A stretch of 64,000 bases of DNA from Octopus bimaculoides (lineage: Eukaryota): the NCBI RefSeq assembly GCF_001194135.2, contig NC_068990.1, positions 30,146,432 to 30,210,431 on the forward strand. The letters are read 5' to 3'. Under the pieces are notes generated by a model that saw only the letters and a list, made by a program, of their open reading frames with translations, was not told the origin of the DNA and did no database searches. This document shows positions 40,324-54,266 of the stretch, one piece after another (the stretch's first letter is position 1; the number at the start of each line of letters is the position of its first letter). The position numbers and the translations under genes are program-made.

Positions 40324-43300
40324 CATTGCTTTATGCAAACGTGTTGTAAGTCCCAAATATTGCTTTTTCAGAAAACAAAAAAATACTTTCACCATTCCAT
40401 TTCTTTTTACATTAGCAACAGTTGGGTGCATAAAATCGTAACGCCATACATGTATGATATTTTCAGTCAGAAATATTTTTGCAAAACTGTTGTTTGTGGG
40501 GCTTACCACACTTTAAAAATGTTAAACCATTGTACAATTTTCATATCTTGGCATCTGAAGCAGCTGGAGATATGATAGTTTGACCAAAAGAACTGGCTAT
40601 TGCAGGCAAGATTAAATATTGAAAAAAGTGCATTTGACCAAATTTGGACATACAACAGTTTAACATAATAGCAATGGTAACACGCTAGCTCAATTTGAAT
40701 CATTCTCAGTGGAAAGAGGCCTGTTGTTATTTCTTGTTGTTTGTATTCATAATTTTGTACCACGTTCTCCATTTTTTTGTATTTGTTTGTTTTTTTTCAT
40801 CTTTGTTGCCTTACACATTCGCTAGCTTTCTTACAAAGGGGTCTAATTCTCTTAGCTAAGACATTTTTGGGGGCAACCAGATCGAACCATCTCAAGTGTA
40901 ACTGTCCGAAATGGTCATGACTTCTGGAACTTGACTGATGAAAGAAAGCCAAGAGTGACTTGTCTTTTTTTGCTTGTCCTTCTAATTGTTGTTTCTCTTG
41001 TCCGCCTTTGTGTCACCTATCTGTCCAAATGTTTTAATACCTTCCATTGCATTTTTGTTCCATATATATATATATATATATGTATGTATATAAATTGTCG
41101 CCATTTCATATTGCATCTGAACATTGTTTTTGATTTTGCCAACTACACAGTATAGTAGGGTCAGTTGGGCACCATCTGTGAGAGAAGCAGCACCATGACA
41201 CAATTCACTCTGTCACAAAATTTGGAAACAACATGCTGTACTGCTTGGCATTCGTGCAGGAAACTCCAATATGAACATTTCAGAGAGTTTGGGTGTCAAT
41301 CTGAGGACAGTGCAGAGGATTTGAAAAGAGTTGGATGAGTTTAATGGTGATTACGAAGCTACAGCAGCTTGGAAAACACACTGTGATTGTTTTGATAAGA
41401 AAAGCACTCCTGAATTTGTTGGTGAGATCCCAGCCATGATTGACAATGATCCCTCCAATCAGGTCCATCACCAGGGACATGGGAGTGTCTGAGTTCCTTA
41501 TCAGGCAGGTAATGCATGAAGACATTTGGTATTCCTCATACCATTTGTCTGTGATACAGGTGCCTTTCACATGTCACCAGCATGAGTGCCTTTTACGTAT
41601 CGTTGGCACTGGCCACAACCAGGATTTCACTTAGCTTGATGCGTCTTCTGAAGCACAGCAAATTGCTAGAAGTCTCAGTCACTTGTCATTGCTTCCTTGA
41701 GTCTCAACAACTGAAGATCATATGTCACCACTTCATCCCACATCTTCCTGGGTCTACCCCTTCCACACTTTCCCTCCACAGTTAGAGATCAGCATGCTGG
41801 CTTCATTTCTTTCACGCCTTCACATGTTCTCTCCAGTCAAGGCCCATATTTCACTGCCATTTTAAAAGTAGGAATATATATAATTATTAATAACAGTTTG
41901 ACTCAGCTCCACATGACTTAAAGTTTTGCCTGTGTATAGGACACATTCATCTCATTTAGTATCTGATGAGACAGACATGTCGTATGTGCCCACAAAACTT
42001 TGTCATGTGCAGCTAAGTCAAAGTCAAATTGCATACACCCAACTCCAAACCACTGGGCTCACTGCTACTTTCTCTCCATCTCTTCACTCATTTGTATGTG
42101 TGTATTCATGCGTGTGTTGATATATGTGTGTGTATTAAATTCTGCTGAGGTCGACTTTGCCTTTGTTCTTTTGGGGTCGATAAATTAAGTACCAGTTGTG
42201 TACTGGGGTCGATCTAATCGACTGACTCCCTCTCTAAAACTTTTGGGCCTTGTGCCTAGAATAGAAAAGGATATATGTGTGTGTGTATACAAACAAACAC
42301 ACACGCACAGACTCGATAAATGTTGATCCGGTTGCCTATTTTTATTGGTTCGCTAGTTAGAGGCATAAACCTATGTAATGGGAATAATTATTTAAAAGAC
42401 TGATTGTATTTTTAATGTTGTTGACATTGATGTTGCTGCTGCTGTTGTTACTCAGACCTCTAGCACCAAAGCAGTCAATCAACGCGTTTCACTAACAAAC
42501 AAAAACCTTCCTCACATGTTCCAACATGACTGAATTTTTATCATTTTGATTACCTTTCACCAAAGCTGGTCGTCCCAGTTAAGCTGACCAGTTTATTCTC
42601 TGACCTATCGTCTAAAACGTAATCTTCCCTTGGCAGCCAGACTATTAATCAGTGATTTCTGGTATTCTTCAAGTCATAAATACATTCTTATTTCATTTCC
42701 TTTTAAAATGTTCCAAGCTTGTTTCTAAATCTGCAACATTCTAGCCGGTTGTTTCAGCTCAGGTGAGTGTTGATCTGCTTATTTTTCTGGTTTTGTTTTA
42801 GACATTGTGTATTTAAGACCACATTATTAATGTGTCCACCCTTTTTAAAAGACAGTAGGAAAATTTGGTCATTATTTCTAGCATGTCAAGTGGCCACATT
42901 ATGGCTCATTTGTTTCCAATGTATCCACATAATATTCCTTTTATGTTCATAATACTAATGTTCAGATCCATTATACTGATGCACACACACAATGTGGTTG
43001 CTTTGAAGTTATAGGAGACACTTGTTCAAGATGCAATGGGGCTTGGTTACAAAGCAAACTTACTTACCACATGGCCATGACTGTGCTTATATATATATAT
43101 ATATATATCTCGATCATCATCATTTAACATCGGTTGTCTGTGCTGGCATGGGTTGGACTGTTTGACCAGGGCTGGTAAGCTAGAAGACTGCACCAGATGT
43201 CAGTCTGATTTGGCATGGTTTTCTGTGGCTGGTTGCCCTTTCTATATATATATATATATATATATNNNNNNNNNNGTGCAATGGGTAAATTGTTGCCATT

Positions 43301-46300
43301 TTATATTTTTAATTCCGTGCACGTGCATTGTTTGTTTTTGATTTTGTTGACTACACAATATAGTAGGGTCAGTTGGTCACCGTCTGTGAGAAAAACAGCA
43401 CCATAGCACCATGATGCAATTCACTTTGCCAGAAATTTTGAAACAACATGCTGTACTGCTTGGTGTTCATGCCAGAAGCTCTAGTATAAACAGTTGGTGA
43501 ACACAGAACAACCGTTGGCTTGCCATGTCCCCAAAACGTACCGAGAGTGATAAAAATCAAACATCCAATCAACATCATGGTGTTTCGATTGATCACTAAT
43601 GATGGTGACATTATACCTCCATTCATAACATCCTCACACTCACGTGGCCGCACACTCCCCATAGCCCCACACTCAACACAGAGGCCTACATCAAGTACCT
43701 GGAAGAGGTAGTGCTGCCGTGGGTCAAGATGGTGGCTGTTGGAAGACCCTATATCTGGCAACAGGACTCTGCACCATGCTACACAAGCAAGAGAACCCAG
43801 CCATGGCTTACCTCTGTGAGGACCAACACTCGAAAGAAACTCGACAACTTTGCCCCCATGGGGCCCAATACTTGAAAGGAACTCAGCTACCTTACCTCTG
43901 TGAGCCTAACACTCAAAACGAACTCAGCCACTTGCGTCCATGAGGCCCAATGTCCAAAGGAACTCAACCACTTGCCTCCATGAGGCCCAATGCCCAAAGG
44001 AACTCAGTCACCTTGCCTCTGTGAGGTCCAACACTCAAAACGAACTCAACCACTTGCCTCCATGAGGCCCAATGCTCTATGACTCACACATAAATACAGG
44101 TACATACCTACCTTGATTCACTGAATTTTTAGCTTACATGCTGTTTGTGTACAGAAAACTTGAAACCATCAAACCAACAGTAATATTCAAGTTAGAGTTT
44201 ACCTACAGGTAAATTAAGAAGCATTTACTGTAAGCTGTGTTGTTCATAGACAAAATGGTACAATTAACTCTTTAACCTTTAAACTGGCCAAATTCCAGCC
44301 TAAATTTTCTACTTGTTTTATGTTCAAACTGGACAGATGTGGCCTTTCACACCTACCCTACAATGTCATTCTAAAGATATGTAATCTCATCACTGGAATC
44401 TCAAAGCTAGAGATAATGCATGATTAATTGAAAACAATCTAAATAAATAAGGATTACATTTGTCAAAGAAATCTGAAATGCTAAAGGGTTAAGCTGAAAC
44501 TGAAGTAGGGTAATGATCCAGGGATTTTGTCATGAACTTGGGGTCATATCCTGTCAAGTGTACACCAAACTATAGGTGAAACAGTCTCAGTAACTATAGT
44601 TAGATTACCACTGTTGCCATTTATTGTCTTGTCAACAGTGTTATCTCAGCAGCAGTGGCAGACATAGCAGCAGCACCAGAAGAAGAAGAAGAAGCAGACT
44701 TGTAACAGAACTCATAGAGTTGTGTGGAAAGCTTGAAGTCCTTTATAACNNNNNNNNNNTATTACTAAGAGTGAGAGTAATTCTAGTGTAGGCTAAGATT
44801 ATCTTAGCTTTCATTGAAGCCATCCATCTATGACTGTTTACTGTGTCATGTATGGAATGTGGCTCCTGCTGGATGAGTGACAATGCAAGAATAGACATAA
44901 GCTTAACACTTAAAAATACTTGGCTATAATGAAGTTTTAATTTTCAAGGGGTGTTTGGTGTAACGAGAGTTTTTAACTGAAGTAAAAATTTATTTTATGT
45001 TGAATTTATAGTTACGAACGAAGGCTTTCATCAGATTCTGTAACAATGTAAAAGAGTTATAGTAGATCCTTTGTGATCTTGGACAGAAATAACACGTTTT
45101 AGGGTGAGACACTATGTGAATAGGTTTATTAATTAAGACAATCATTTTATGCTCTTGTAATTACATAATCAATCTTGGTGTATTTGTTCAATGTATATAA
45201 ACTTACATGTTGAGATAGTTGGATAATTTGTCATTCTGTTGCCTGGTGTTTGCCTTTTATATCAGCTTTGTTATCTTATAGTTTGGTTTAGGCTTGCTTT
45301 ATGTGCTCAAACAATACCTGGTGTAGGTGTTTCTATTCATGGAGAGACATAGCAGTGAGTGTTGCTCTTGCAATAAGCTGGTTAAGTTTTGCTACTCCCT
45401 TACTTCTTTACTTCACTTCCACACCATCATCATTTAATGTCCATTTTCCATGCTGGTATGGGTTGGATGATTTGACAGGAGCTGGTAAGGCCAGGGGAGG
45501 GGGGTCACACCAGGCTCCATTGTCTGTTTTTGCTATTGTTTTTACAGCTGGATGCCCTTCCTAATTCAAATCAATTTACAAAGAGTACTGGGTACTTTTT
45601 ACATGGCACCAGCACCAATGCTATTTATGTGGCACCAGCACTGACAGGGGCACCAAGTAACTTGCAAGACAAGACTCCTTCGTTTGGAGTAGAGGTGGAG
45701 AGTAGTATTGAAGCAAGGGTGGCCATTTGAGAGATTAAAGATAAAGAAGGACAAGGATAGGTGTCTTACATGTATACCCCAGTTGGAAGAGAAAGGATAG
45801 CGAATCAACTTCTCTTCATCTCAGAGAGATAAAATGGGGAAGGAAATGAGAAAAGTAATTTGTGACACACAACTCTGAAAATCGAAACTCTATTAATTAT
45901 TTTTTTCACTGAAATCGATTCCTGCATCATGCCATTGCTAAGACAATTCTTGATTTTGTCTCTTAGCTGTAATTAAGTGCCATGGGTAGATAAAGATCCC
46001 TATCTGTTGCCAGGGATTAACTTGCAGTGCTGAATTTAAAGCCTACCACAGATTTATCTTGGAGATGAGTTAGATATCCCAGATAAAAATGAAATTGTTA
46101 ATAGTGTTCCCAGAAGAGTTAGATATTCTAAATAAAGATAAAATTGTTAATGGTGTTAAAAGACCCAATTAGCATGACTGATTATAGTTATGTTCAACGA
46201 GCGCTCTCCTGTGGCTAAACAGCAACAACTTTCAAAATAATATATTTTAAACTGAGCATAGCAGGCCACAATCAACTGGTCCCAACTTGTATGAAGGATG

Positions 46301-47809
46301 GCAATGTCATTTGAATGCCAAACATGAATGGATGTGAGGAACTAAAAATATTGCATGGCATTTTCTCTGCTGCTTTCGCTCTCCATTTTACATCAGTCCA
46401 CCATCTTTACAAAATAATAAAGAAAATCACTTATGACGTAGAATTCTTCTGATTTTCTTTCAGTAAACCCTTTGAAAATTCTACAGATGTGGCCGGAGAG
46501 AAACCAGCCTCAAAAGATACCACCCAACTGGTCATTAATCCACAGGACAAAACTCAACAATGGCTACACACTCTTACAGGAAGACAACACAGTTTTGGCT
46601 CTGATCTCTCAGCTGGGACCAATTCCAGTAGGTCAGTTATCAAATTTAACACTTAACTTATTATTGTTAATTGTTTGGTTTATTGGCTGGTTGAGTGGGT
46701 TGGTGTCTTTCTCTGGCTCAGCCAGTGGAGGAGCACCATTGATCCTCTTTGATGCCTCCATGACTGCTAAGGAGAAGAAGAAGGAGTGGAGTAAGTTTTC
46801 CTTTAACCTTGAGACATAACCTGAATGGTTGCAACAGAGTGGCCACCACTGAAGCTATTCAGGACACCACATGGAGTTAAACTAAGCCATGGATTAGATC
46901 TACCTCACCTCCCATGCAGGTTATATCTTGGTGGTATTGAGATAAGCCTGTATAATCTCCCACTGTCTTTTATCAAACAAACTGCAAAGCTATCTCAATA
47001 AACTCTACCACCACTACAGCTACTGTGACCATAGCATCATTACCAACATCATCATCATCGTCATCGTTTTAATGTCTACTTTTCCATGCTTGCATGGGTT
47101 AGACACACTTCATTGAGGCAGATTTTTTATAGCTGGCTGTCCTTCCTATTGCCACCCCTCACTGGTTTCCAAAGTAGGTAATATTTTCCCAAGGTTGGAC
47201 ATATTTACAAGGAAGATTGGAAATGAAGGCCCTACCTGTAAGATGATGATGATGATGATGATGATGCTTATTTACAACTATTATGGAATGTCAGGGCAAG
47301 GAACCCCCACCCCTCTCGGAGTGGTTGGAGTTAGGAAGGGCATCCAGCTGTAGAAACTCTGCCAAATCAGATTGGAGCCTGGTGTAGCCATCAGGTTTCA
47401 CCAGTCCTCAGTCAAATCGTCCAACTCATGTTAGCATGGAAAGCGGACGTTAAACGATGATGATGATGATGATGATGATGATGTATATACATACATATTT
47501 TTATGAGACACGTTCGTGTCCGTAGAACATGATCAATGCTTTATTTTGCTGAACTCTCATTTGTCGTTCACAACAAGAGAATCAATCATCATCATCATAT
47601 ATATAAATATATCTTCTGTGTTTTACATGTTTCAGTTATTAGACTGTGGCCATGCTGGTGCGCCACCTTGAAGAATATTTAATCAAATGAATCGACCCCC
47701 AGTACTTAGTTTTTTAAGCTTGATGCTTATTTGATCAGTGTCTATTGCCAAAGAGCTAACTTACAGATATGTAAACACAACAACAGCATTTGTCAAGTGG
47801 CAGTGGTAG

Positions 47810-47844
<35 letters not shown>

Positions 47845-48837
47845 ACACACATACACACATCTATATGATTGGCTTCTTTCAGTTTCTGCCTACCATATCC
47901 ACTCACAAGGCTTTGGTCAGCCTGAGACTATAATAGAAGAGACTTGCCCAAAGTACCCTGCCCTAGGACTGAACCCGGAACCATGTGGTTGGGATGCAAA
48001 TTTCTTACCACACAGCCACACCTGCTCTTAACATTTGTACCTAAAACAAACTACTACTGTTCTTATTATTATGGTTTAAACTGTTATTATCTGAGACAAC
48101 AGAGCCTGTCAGTTGCATCTGTGAATCGGAATGTGGTAGGGGCTCTGATATTAATGGGGTTTATCAATGTTGAAAGGTCTGGCTACCATCAACAGCACTT
48201 AATTGTGAACCTTTCTCACTCAATGTAGTTTAAACTACAAAACAAATAATACCTACAAGTTGATGTTGAAACCTGGCCAATGTTAATCTTGATTGAGTAG
48301 ACCTATAATTAAAGGCATTCCACCTGTGACCATCCTGTCTTTCTTGAAATGTAATTTATCTTGGATTACATAATCAAGCATGTCCTTCCATTTATCTTAA
48401 GATGTGATATGAGGAAGATTGGACTGCTATTTCTAGCATCTTGAGTGACTACATTGAAGAACTGTTATTGCTTCATAAGATTACAGTATTGTAAATTGGA
48501 GTGGAAGGAGTTAAGCCAGGCTGCCTGTGCTCCAGATATATGTCACCTTGAGAAGAGGTGTTCTTATGTGGATCAGGTTACTGGAAGACCAGACATTCTT
48601 TCATAATTATGTAGGTGAATGAGTCTGGAGAGGAGAACAAGACAGCTTTGAATGAGTCTGATATGCATTGTAAGATTTAGAGTAATAAAGATCAAAGGAA
48701 GAGGCTTCTGCAGGTTGTTGCCACTCATATCGGTCAACCTCTTTTATCTTGACATGACACTTGTAATTTTGTTTGGTTTTCTACAAGTTTACTCAACAGT
48801 CTCTCTCTTTCTCTCTTTCTCTTTCTCTCTCTCTCTT

Positions 48838-48900
<63 letters not shown>

Positions 48901-50165
48901 AAGTCAATTTGTCGTTCACTAATTATTTTTATCGATGGTTTATTTGAGAAAATAAAATGCAACACCTTGCTTTTGGATGGTTTATTAACTAATTGGTTCT
49001 TTTTTTATGTTTTTTTTTGCCTTTCCATTCCTTGGCAGTTGTATAACAATTGATTATGTCCGTATCCTGGATTGTTCTCCACTACATAAAACACTTAGAA
49101 TTTCAGTGACCTATTCATTTCCCTGCTTTAACCCTTCTGCTACCAACCCATCCATGACCATCCCTGCTTCTTCTTTTAAAGTGATCTAAATTAAAATTTC
49201 GTATTGATTTATGTTTCAAACACCAGGTTTAATAATGACAATTTTATTTCATTAAATTCCTCATTGTTCTCAAAATTAATTAGAACAAGGCCACATATTT
49301 CATTAGAAATATAATGACAAAAGGGTTAACAATGTTGCATTGATTTGCTCCATTTCAAGTGATTTCCCATATTTTAGATTCCTGACAATGATTCTCTCAT
49401 TTTCACAACTTGGTTGAGTTTCATTTTGCCAGGTTCACATTGTGATGATTCTGGAATGCTACGAATTTTTTTTTTTTTTTTTTTAATTATTTCATGATTC
49501 CATTTGATATCAACAAACTATGCTGTGTACCCGTGCATAACAAGGGTATCATTTGCTCAGGCGTGTGACTACAAGTTGACAATCGATATACTTGTCTGTG
49601 ACTTACCCTGAAGGGTTCAAGAGATGAAACAAATCGTTTACTTTGTTTTTATTGTTGTCTACTTTTATTATTTCATTTGTAAACAATATTAAACACTCAT
49701 GATAAGCAATCATTAGTGACAGACAGAGCAACCCATGTCCATGCACCTCTTGCATGTTTGGCAATCACATAACCAGCTACACTTCAAAACGGCGACCATT
49801 CCATTTTCTCAAATTAGGTACAGTATACTGCTTTTGTTCTTCTAAAATCATAAATTGCTTAACACTAACAAAACCAGTTCCTCATTCTACAAGGTGGCCT
49901 TTTCCGCTTTCCCTCTCTCAAACTACTATCTATGTTGCCTTAATGTCGTTTAGGAGCGTGGCTGTGTGGAAAACAGCTGGCTTCCCAACTATGTGGTTTT
50001 GAGATCAGTTCCACTATGTGACACTTTATGCAAGTGCCTTCTACTATAGCCCCTGGATGACCAAAGCCTTGTGTGTAGATTTGGTAGATGGAAACTGAAA
50101 GAAGCCTATTGTGCATGTGTATATATGTGTGTGTGTATATGAGTATGTATATATGTGTGTATGTA

Positions 50166-50204
<39 letters not shown>

Positions 50205-50620
50205 TTGTCCCCCACAACTGCTGACAACTAGTGTTAGTCTGTTTGTCTCCTCATAACTTAGCAGTTCAGCAAAACAGACTGATAGAATAAGTTTCAAGCT
50301 TAAAAACAATAAGCCCTGGGGGTCAATGCATTCAACAAAAAATTGTTCAAGGCAGTGCCCCAGCATGGCCACAGTGCAATGAGTGAAACAAGTAAAAGCA
50401 AAAAAGATGAGAGAATAGAATGAAACCCTATTAGTTGATACGATCAACATTGTGGCAGTTCATTCGTTCATTCATTATTCAATTGTTCTTGTTATTGTTT
50501 TTATTTATTTTGGTGAGTGTACCCGGAGGGGGGTCGGGTGGGGTGGTCAGTGTATTGAGCTCGTCAGGTTATTTCATTTCAAAACTGCAAATCATAAAAC
50601 TACATTCAGCTGGTGTTCTA

Positions 50621-50661
<41 letters not shown>

Positions 50662-52012
50662 GCATCATCATCATCATCATTTAACGTCTGCTTTCCATGC
50701 TGGCATGGGTTGGACAGTTTGACTGAAAACTGGTAAGCCGGTGGTGGTGGGGCCGCACCAGGTCCCAGTCTGATTTGGCCATGTGCCAATAACCTGACAC
50801 TGTCATCAGTCACGACTACGGTCTCACTTGGCTTGACAGGTTTACACAAACACGATATATTGCCAAAAGTTTTGGTCACCTGTCACTGCCACCATGAGGC
50901 CCAACGCTTGAACGGTGCTTTTTTCGTGCCACTGGCACAGGTGCCATAACAATAACATTTGATAACAGGACTACAGTTTCTGTGATAGTATTTGCAACAT
51001 TTCAAGGGCAGCAAGCTGGCAGAATTGTTAACATGTGGACAAAATGCTTAGCAGCATTTCATCTATCTTTGGGTTCTGAGTTCAAATTCCACCAAGCTTG
51101 ACTATGCCTTTTATTCTTTCAGAGTCGATAAAATAAATACCAGTTACATACTGGGGGCAATATAATCAACTTAACCGCTTCTCTGAAATTGTTGGCCTTG
51201 TATCAAAATACGAAACCAGTATTTATAACATTTTGTGCGATACTGCTGTTTGTAAACTTCCTGTGATAATCTTCTGTGTGAACCCAAGTATGAGAGTAAT
51301 CTGTGTAACTCCCTGTGTGACAGTCACTTAAAAAACCCATTGTTGTAACATTGACTGGAGTAATAAACTGTGTCATAACATAAGCATTTGATTTGTGTCT
51401 AACATATGCAACATATTGTAGGATTCTGTTGTGTAATTCTGATGTCTGTAACACTATATGATAACATATATATAACCTACAGTGTGATATATTTAACCTA
51501 ATTATTTAACCTATAAATATTTATATATTTAACCTATAAATATTTATATACTTAACCTATATATTTGCATGAGACCCAACTCATGTAAAATTGTGATTCT
51601 TCAATTTTTATATTCATATGTGGCTACGTATAACTGGAATTAATTTACTACAAGACTTAGAAGACTTTCTTACATAGAATTAATGATAGCAAGATGTTTA
51701 TGAATAATTCTGAGAATGTCTCTGGCATGTAACTTTACTGATATGAACCAGAAAATTATCACCATCATCATCATCATCATAACATCCAATTTTTTTTGCT
51801 GACATGGGTCAGATGGAATTTGTTGGGGCAGATTTTTCTGTCACCAACCCTCACTTGTTTCCAAGTAATACTTAGGCCATGACCAGCTGTGTTTTCACAG
51901 AATATTGGAAATGACACTGCTTGTATGATGGTGATGCTCATTTACAATCATCACATGACGTCAAGACAAGGAAACACACACACTCATGCACATACATACA
52001 TACACACACACA

Positions 52013-52066
<54 letters not shown>

Positions 52067-52105
52067 NNNNNNNNNNNNNNNNNNNNNNNNNNNNNNNNNN
52101 NNNNN

Positions 52106-52178
<73 letters not shown>

Positions 52179-53696
52179 TTATATATATTCCCTCTTCTTG
52201 TATTATAATTTTTGGGGATGAATTCTGTTGATATTAACAGATTTCCACATGTATATTCAGTAAAAGGAGAATTCCTTCTGTATGATATGATAGCATATGG
52301 TAGCCAATATCTGAGGAGGAGCGTTGTAAAGCATGCTATAAGGTTATTACCCACATAATATTAAATCACACACACAAACACATATGAAGGACTTCTTTCA
52401 ATTTCCACCTGCCAAATCCACTCACAAGGCTTTGGTTGGCTCAGAACTATAGTAGAAGACACTTGCCCAATGTACCATGCAGTGGAACTGACCCCAAAAC
52501 TTTGTGGTTGGGAAGCAAACTTTTAAGCCAATATCTTATCTACAGCTATGCCTATGACATAGGTTTCATTTGTCCCTGATTTGCTGTTCTTTATTTTTCA
52601 ATAATTTTATTGCTACTTATTATAATATGATTTATTGCTCTTGTGTGTGTGTGTTGCCAATATTACTGTCTGCTGTCGGTGACATGTGGCCTGCTTATAG
52701 AAGTCATACCAAGAAGCTGTAGACATTCCACCTTCACCCTGTTTAAAATGCTGAAAATTTATTTAGAGGTTAATATTCTTGGTACTGGAGTATTGCATCT
52801 TATAGTATTGCTCCACATCCGTACTCTCCCATCAGAACTAACCTGCACTGGTTCCATCTTAACCAGAGTACATGTCTGGAAAATTTGCTGTAAGAAACTT
52901 TGCCATGCAAACAATGAAAAAACATATTATATCGACATTTTTAAAAATAGAACAAAATAATGGTAAACCACTCTGTTGGGGTGGTTGGTGATAGGAAGAG
53001 CATCCAGCTGTAAAAGCTTGCTGAAACAGAAACAAAAGTTTGGTGCAGGCTGCTGCTGCCTGGCTGGCTGGCTCCTGTCAAACTGTCCTACCCATGCCAG
53101 CATGGAAGGTGGACATTAAATGATAATGATGATGGTGATACCAAGTACACCTGGCATGAGGAAAAGAGAGATGTGAGGAATTTGAGAGTGGCCAGTAACA
53201 TTGGTCAAAAAGCAAGACTTGTTAACTACTTCCAGATACATCCATGAAGTGCAATTTAAAGCCGGTGAGCTGGCAGAATCATTAGCACACCAGGTGTAAT
53301 GCTTAGCGGTATTTCATCTACCGTTACGTTCTGAGTTCAAATCCTGCCAAGGTCGACTTTGCCTTTCATCCTTTCAGGGTTGATTAAATAAGTACTGGGG
53401 TCGATGTAATTGACTTAATCCTTTTGTCTGTCCTTGTTTGTCCCCTCTATGTTTAGCCCCCTGTGGGCAATAAAGAAATAAATATTTAAGTGCAATTGTT
53501 GGGCAGTGAGCAAATGCTTGGAGGCATTTCGTCTGTCTTTACATTCTGAGATCAAATTCTGCCACCATTGATTTTGCCTCCCATCCTGGGTGGGGGGGGT
53601 CAATAAAATAAATGAGTTGAGCACTGGGGGTCAGTGTCATCAACTTACCCCCTCCCCGAAATTGCTGACCTTGTGCAAAAATTTGAAACCATTATT

Positions 53697-53749
<53 letters not shown>

Positions 53750-54081
53750 TATTATTATTAAGGCGGTGAGCTGGCAAAATCATTAGCCTGCCAGGTAAAA
53801 TGCTTGGCAGCATTTTTGTCAACCTTTACGTTCTGAGTTCAAATTCCATGAAGGTCAACTTTGCCTTTCATCGTCTCATTGATGAGATAAGTACCAGTCA
53901 CGTACTAGGGTCAGTGTTGTTAACTCCCCCCCTCCTTTACAATTGCTGGCCTTGTGCCAGAATTTGAAATCAATATTTCAGTGTCATCCAAATGACTATG
54001 ATGTGTGATGTGCGTTGTAGTTAACAGCTGCTGCAGTGTGTGTCTCTGTGTATGGACTGGATGTTTCTCATATTTACTCTC

Positions 54082-54124
<43 letters not shown>

Positions 54125-54232
54125 TATACACTTGCAGGCACACAGACATAATTGCAAATATTCACACTTGTTGCCATAACAATTAATGAGTATTTACATA
54201 TTTTTTCACTGTCATTGCCATACAGAAACATG

Positions 54233-54266
<34 letters not shown>

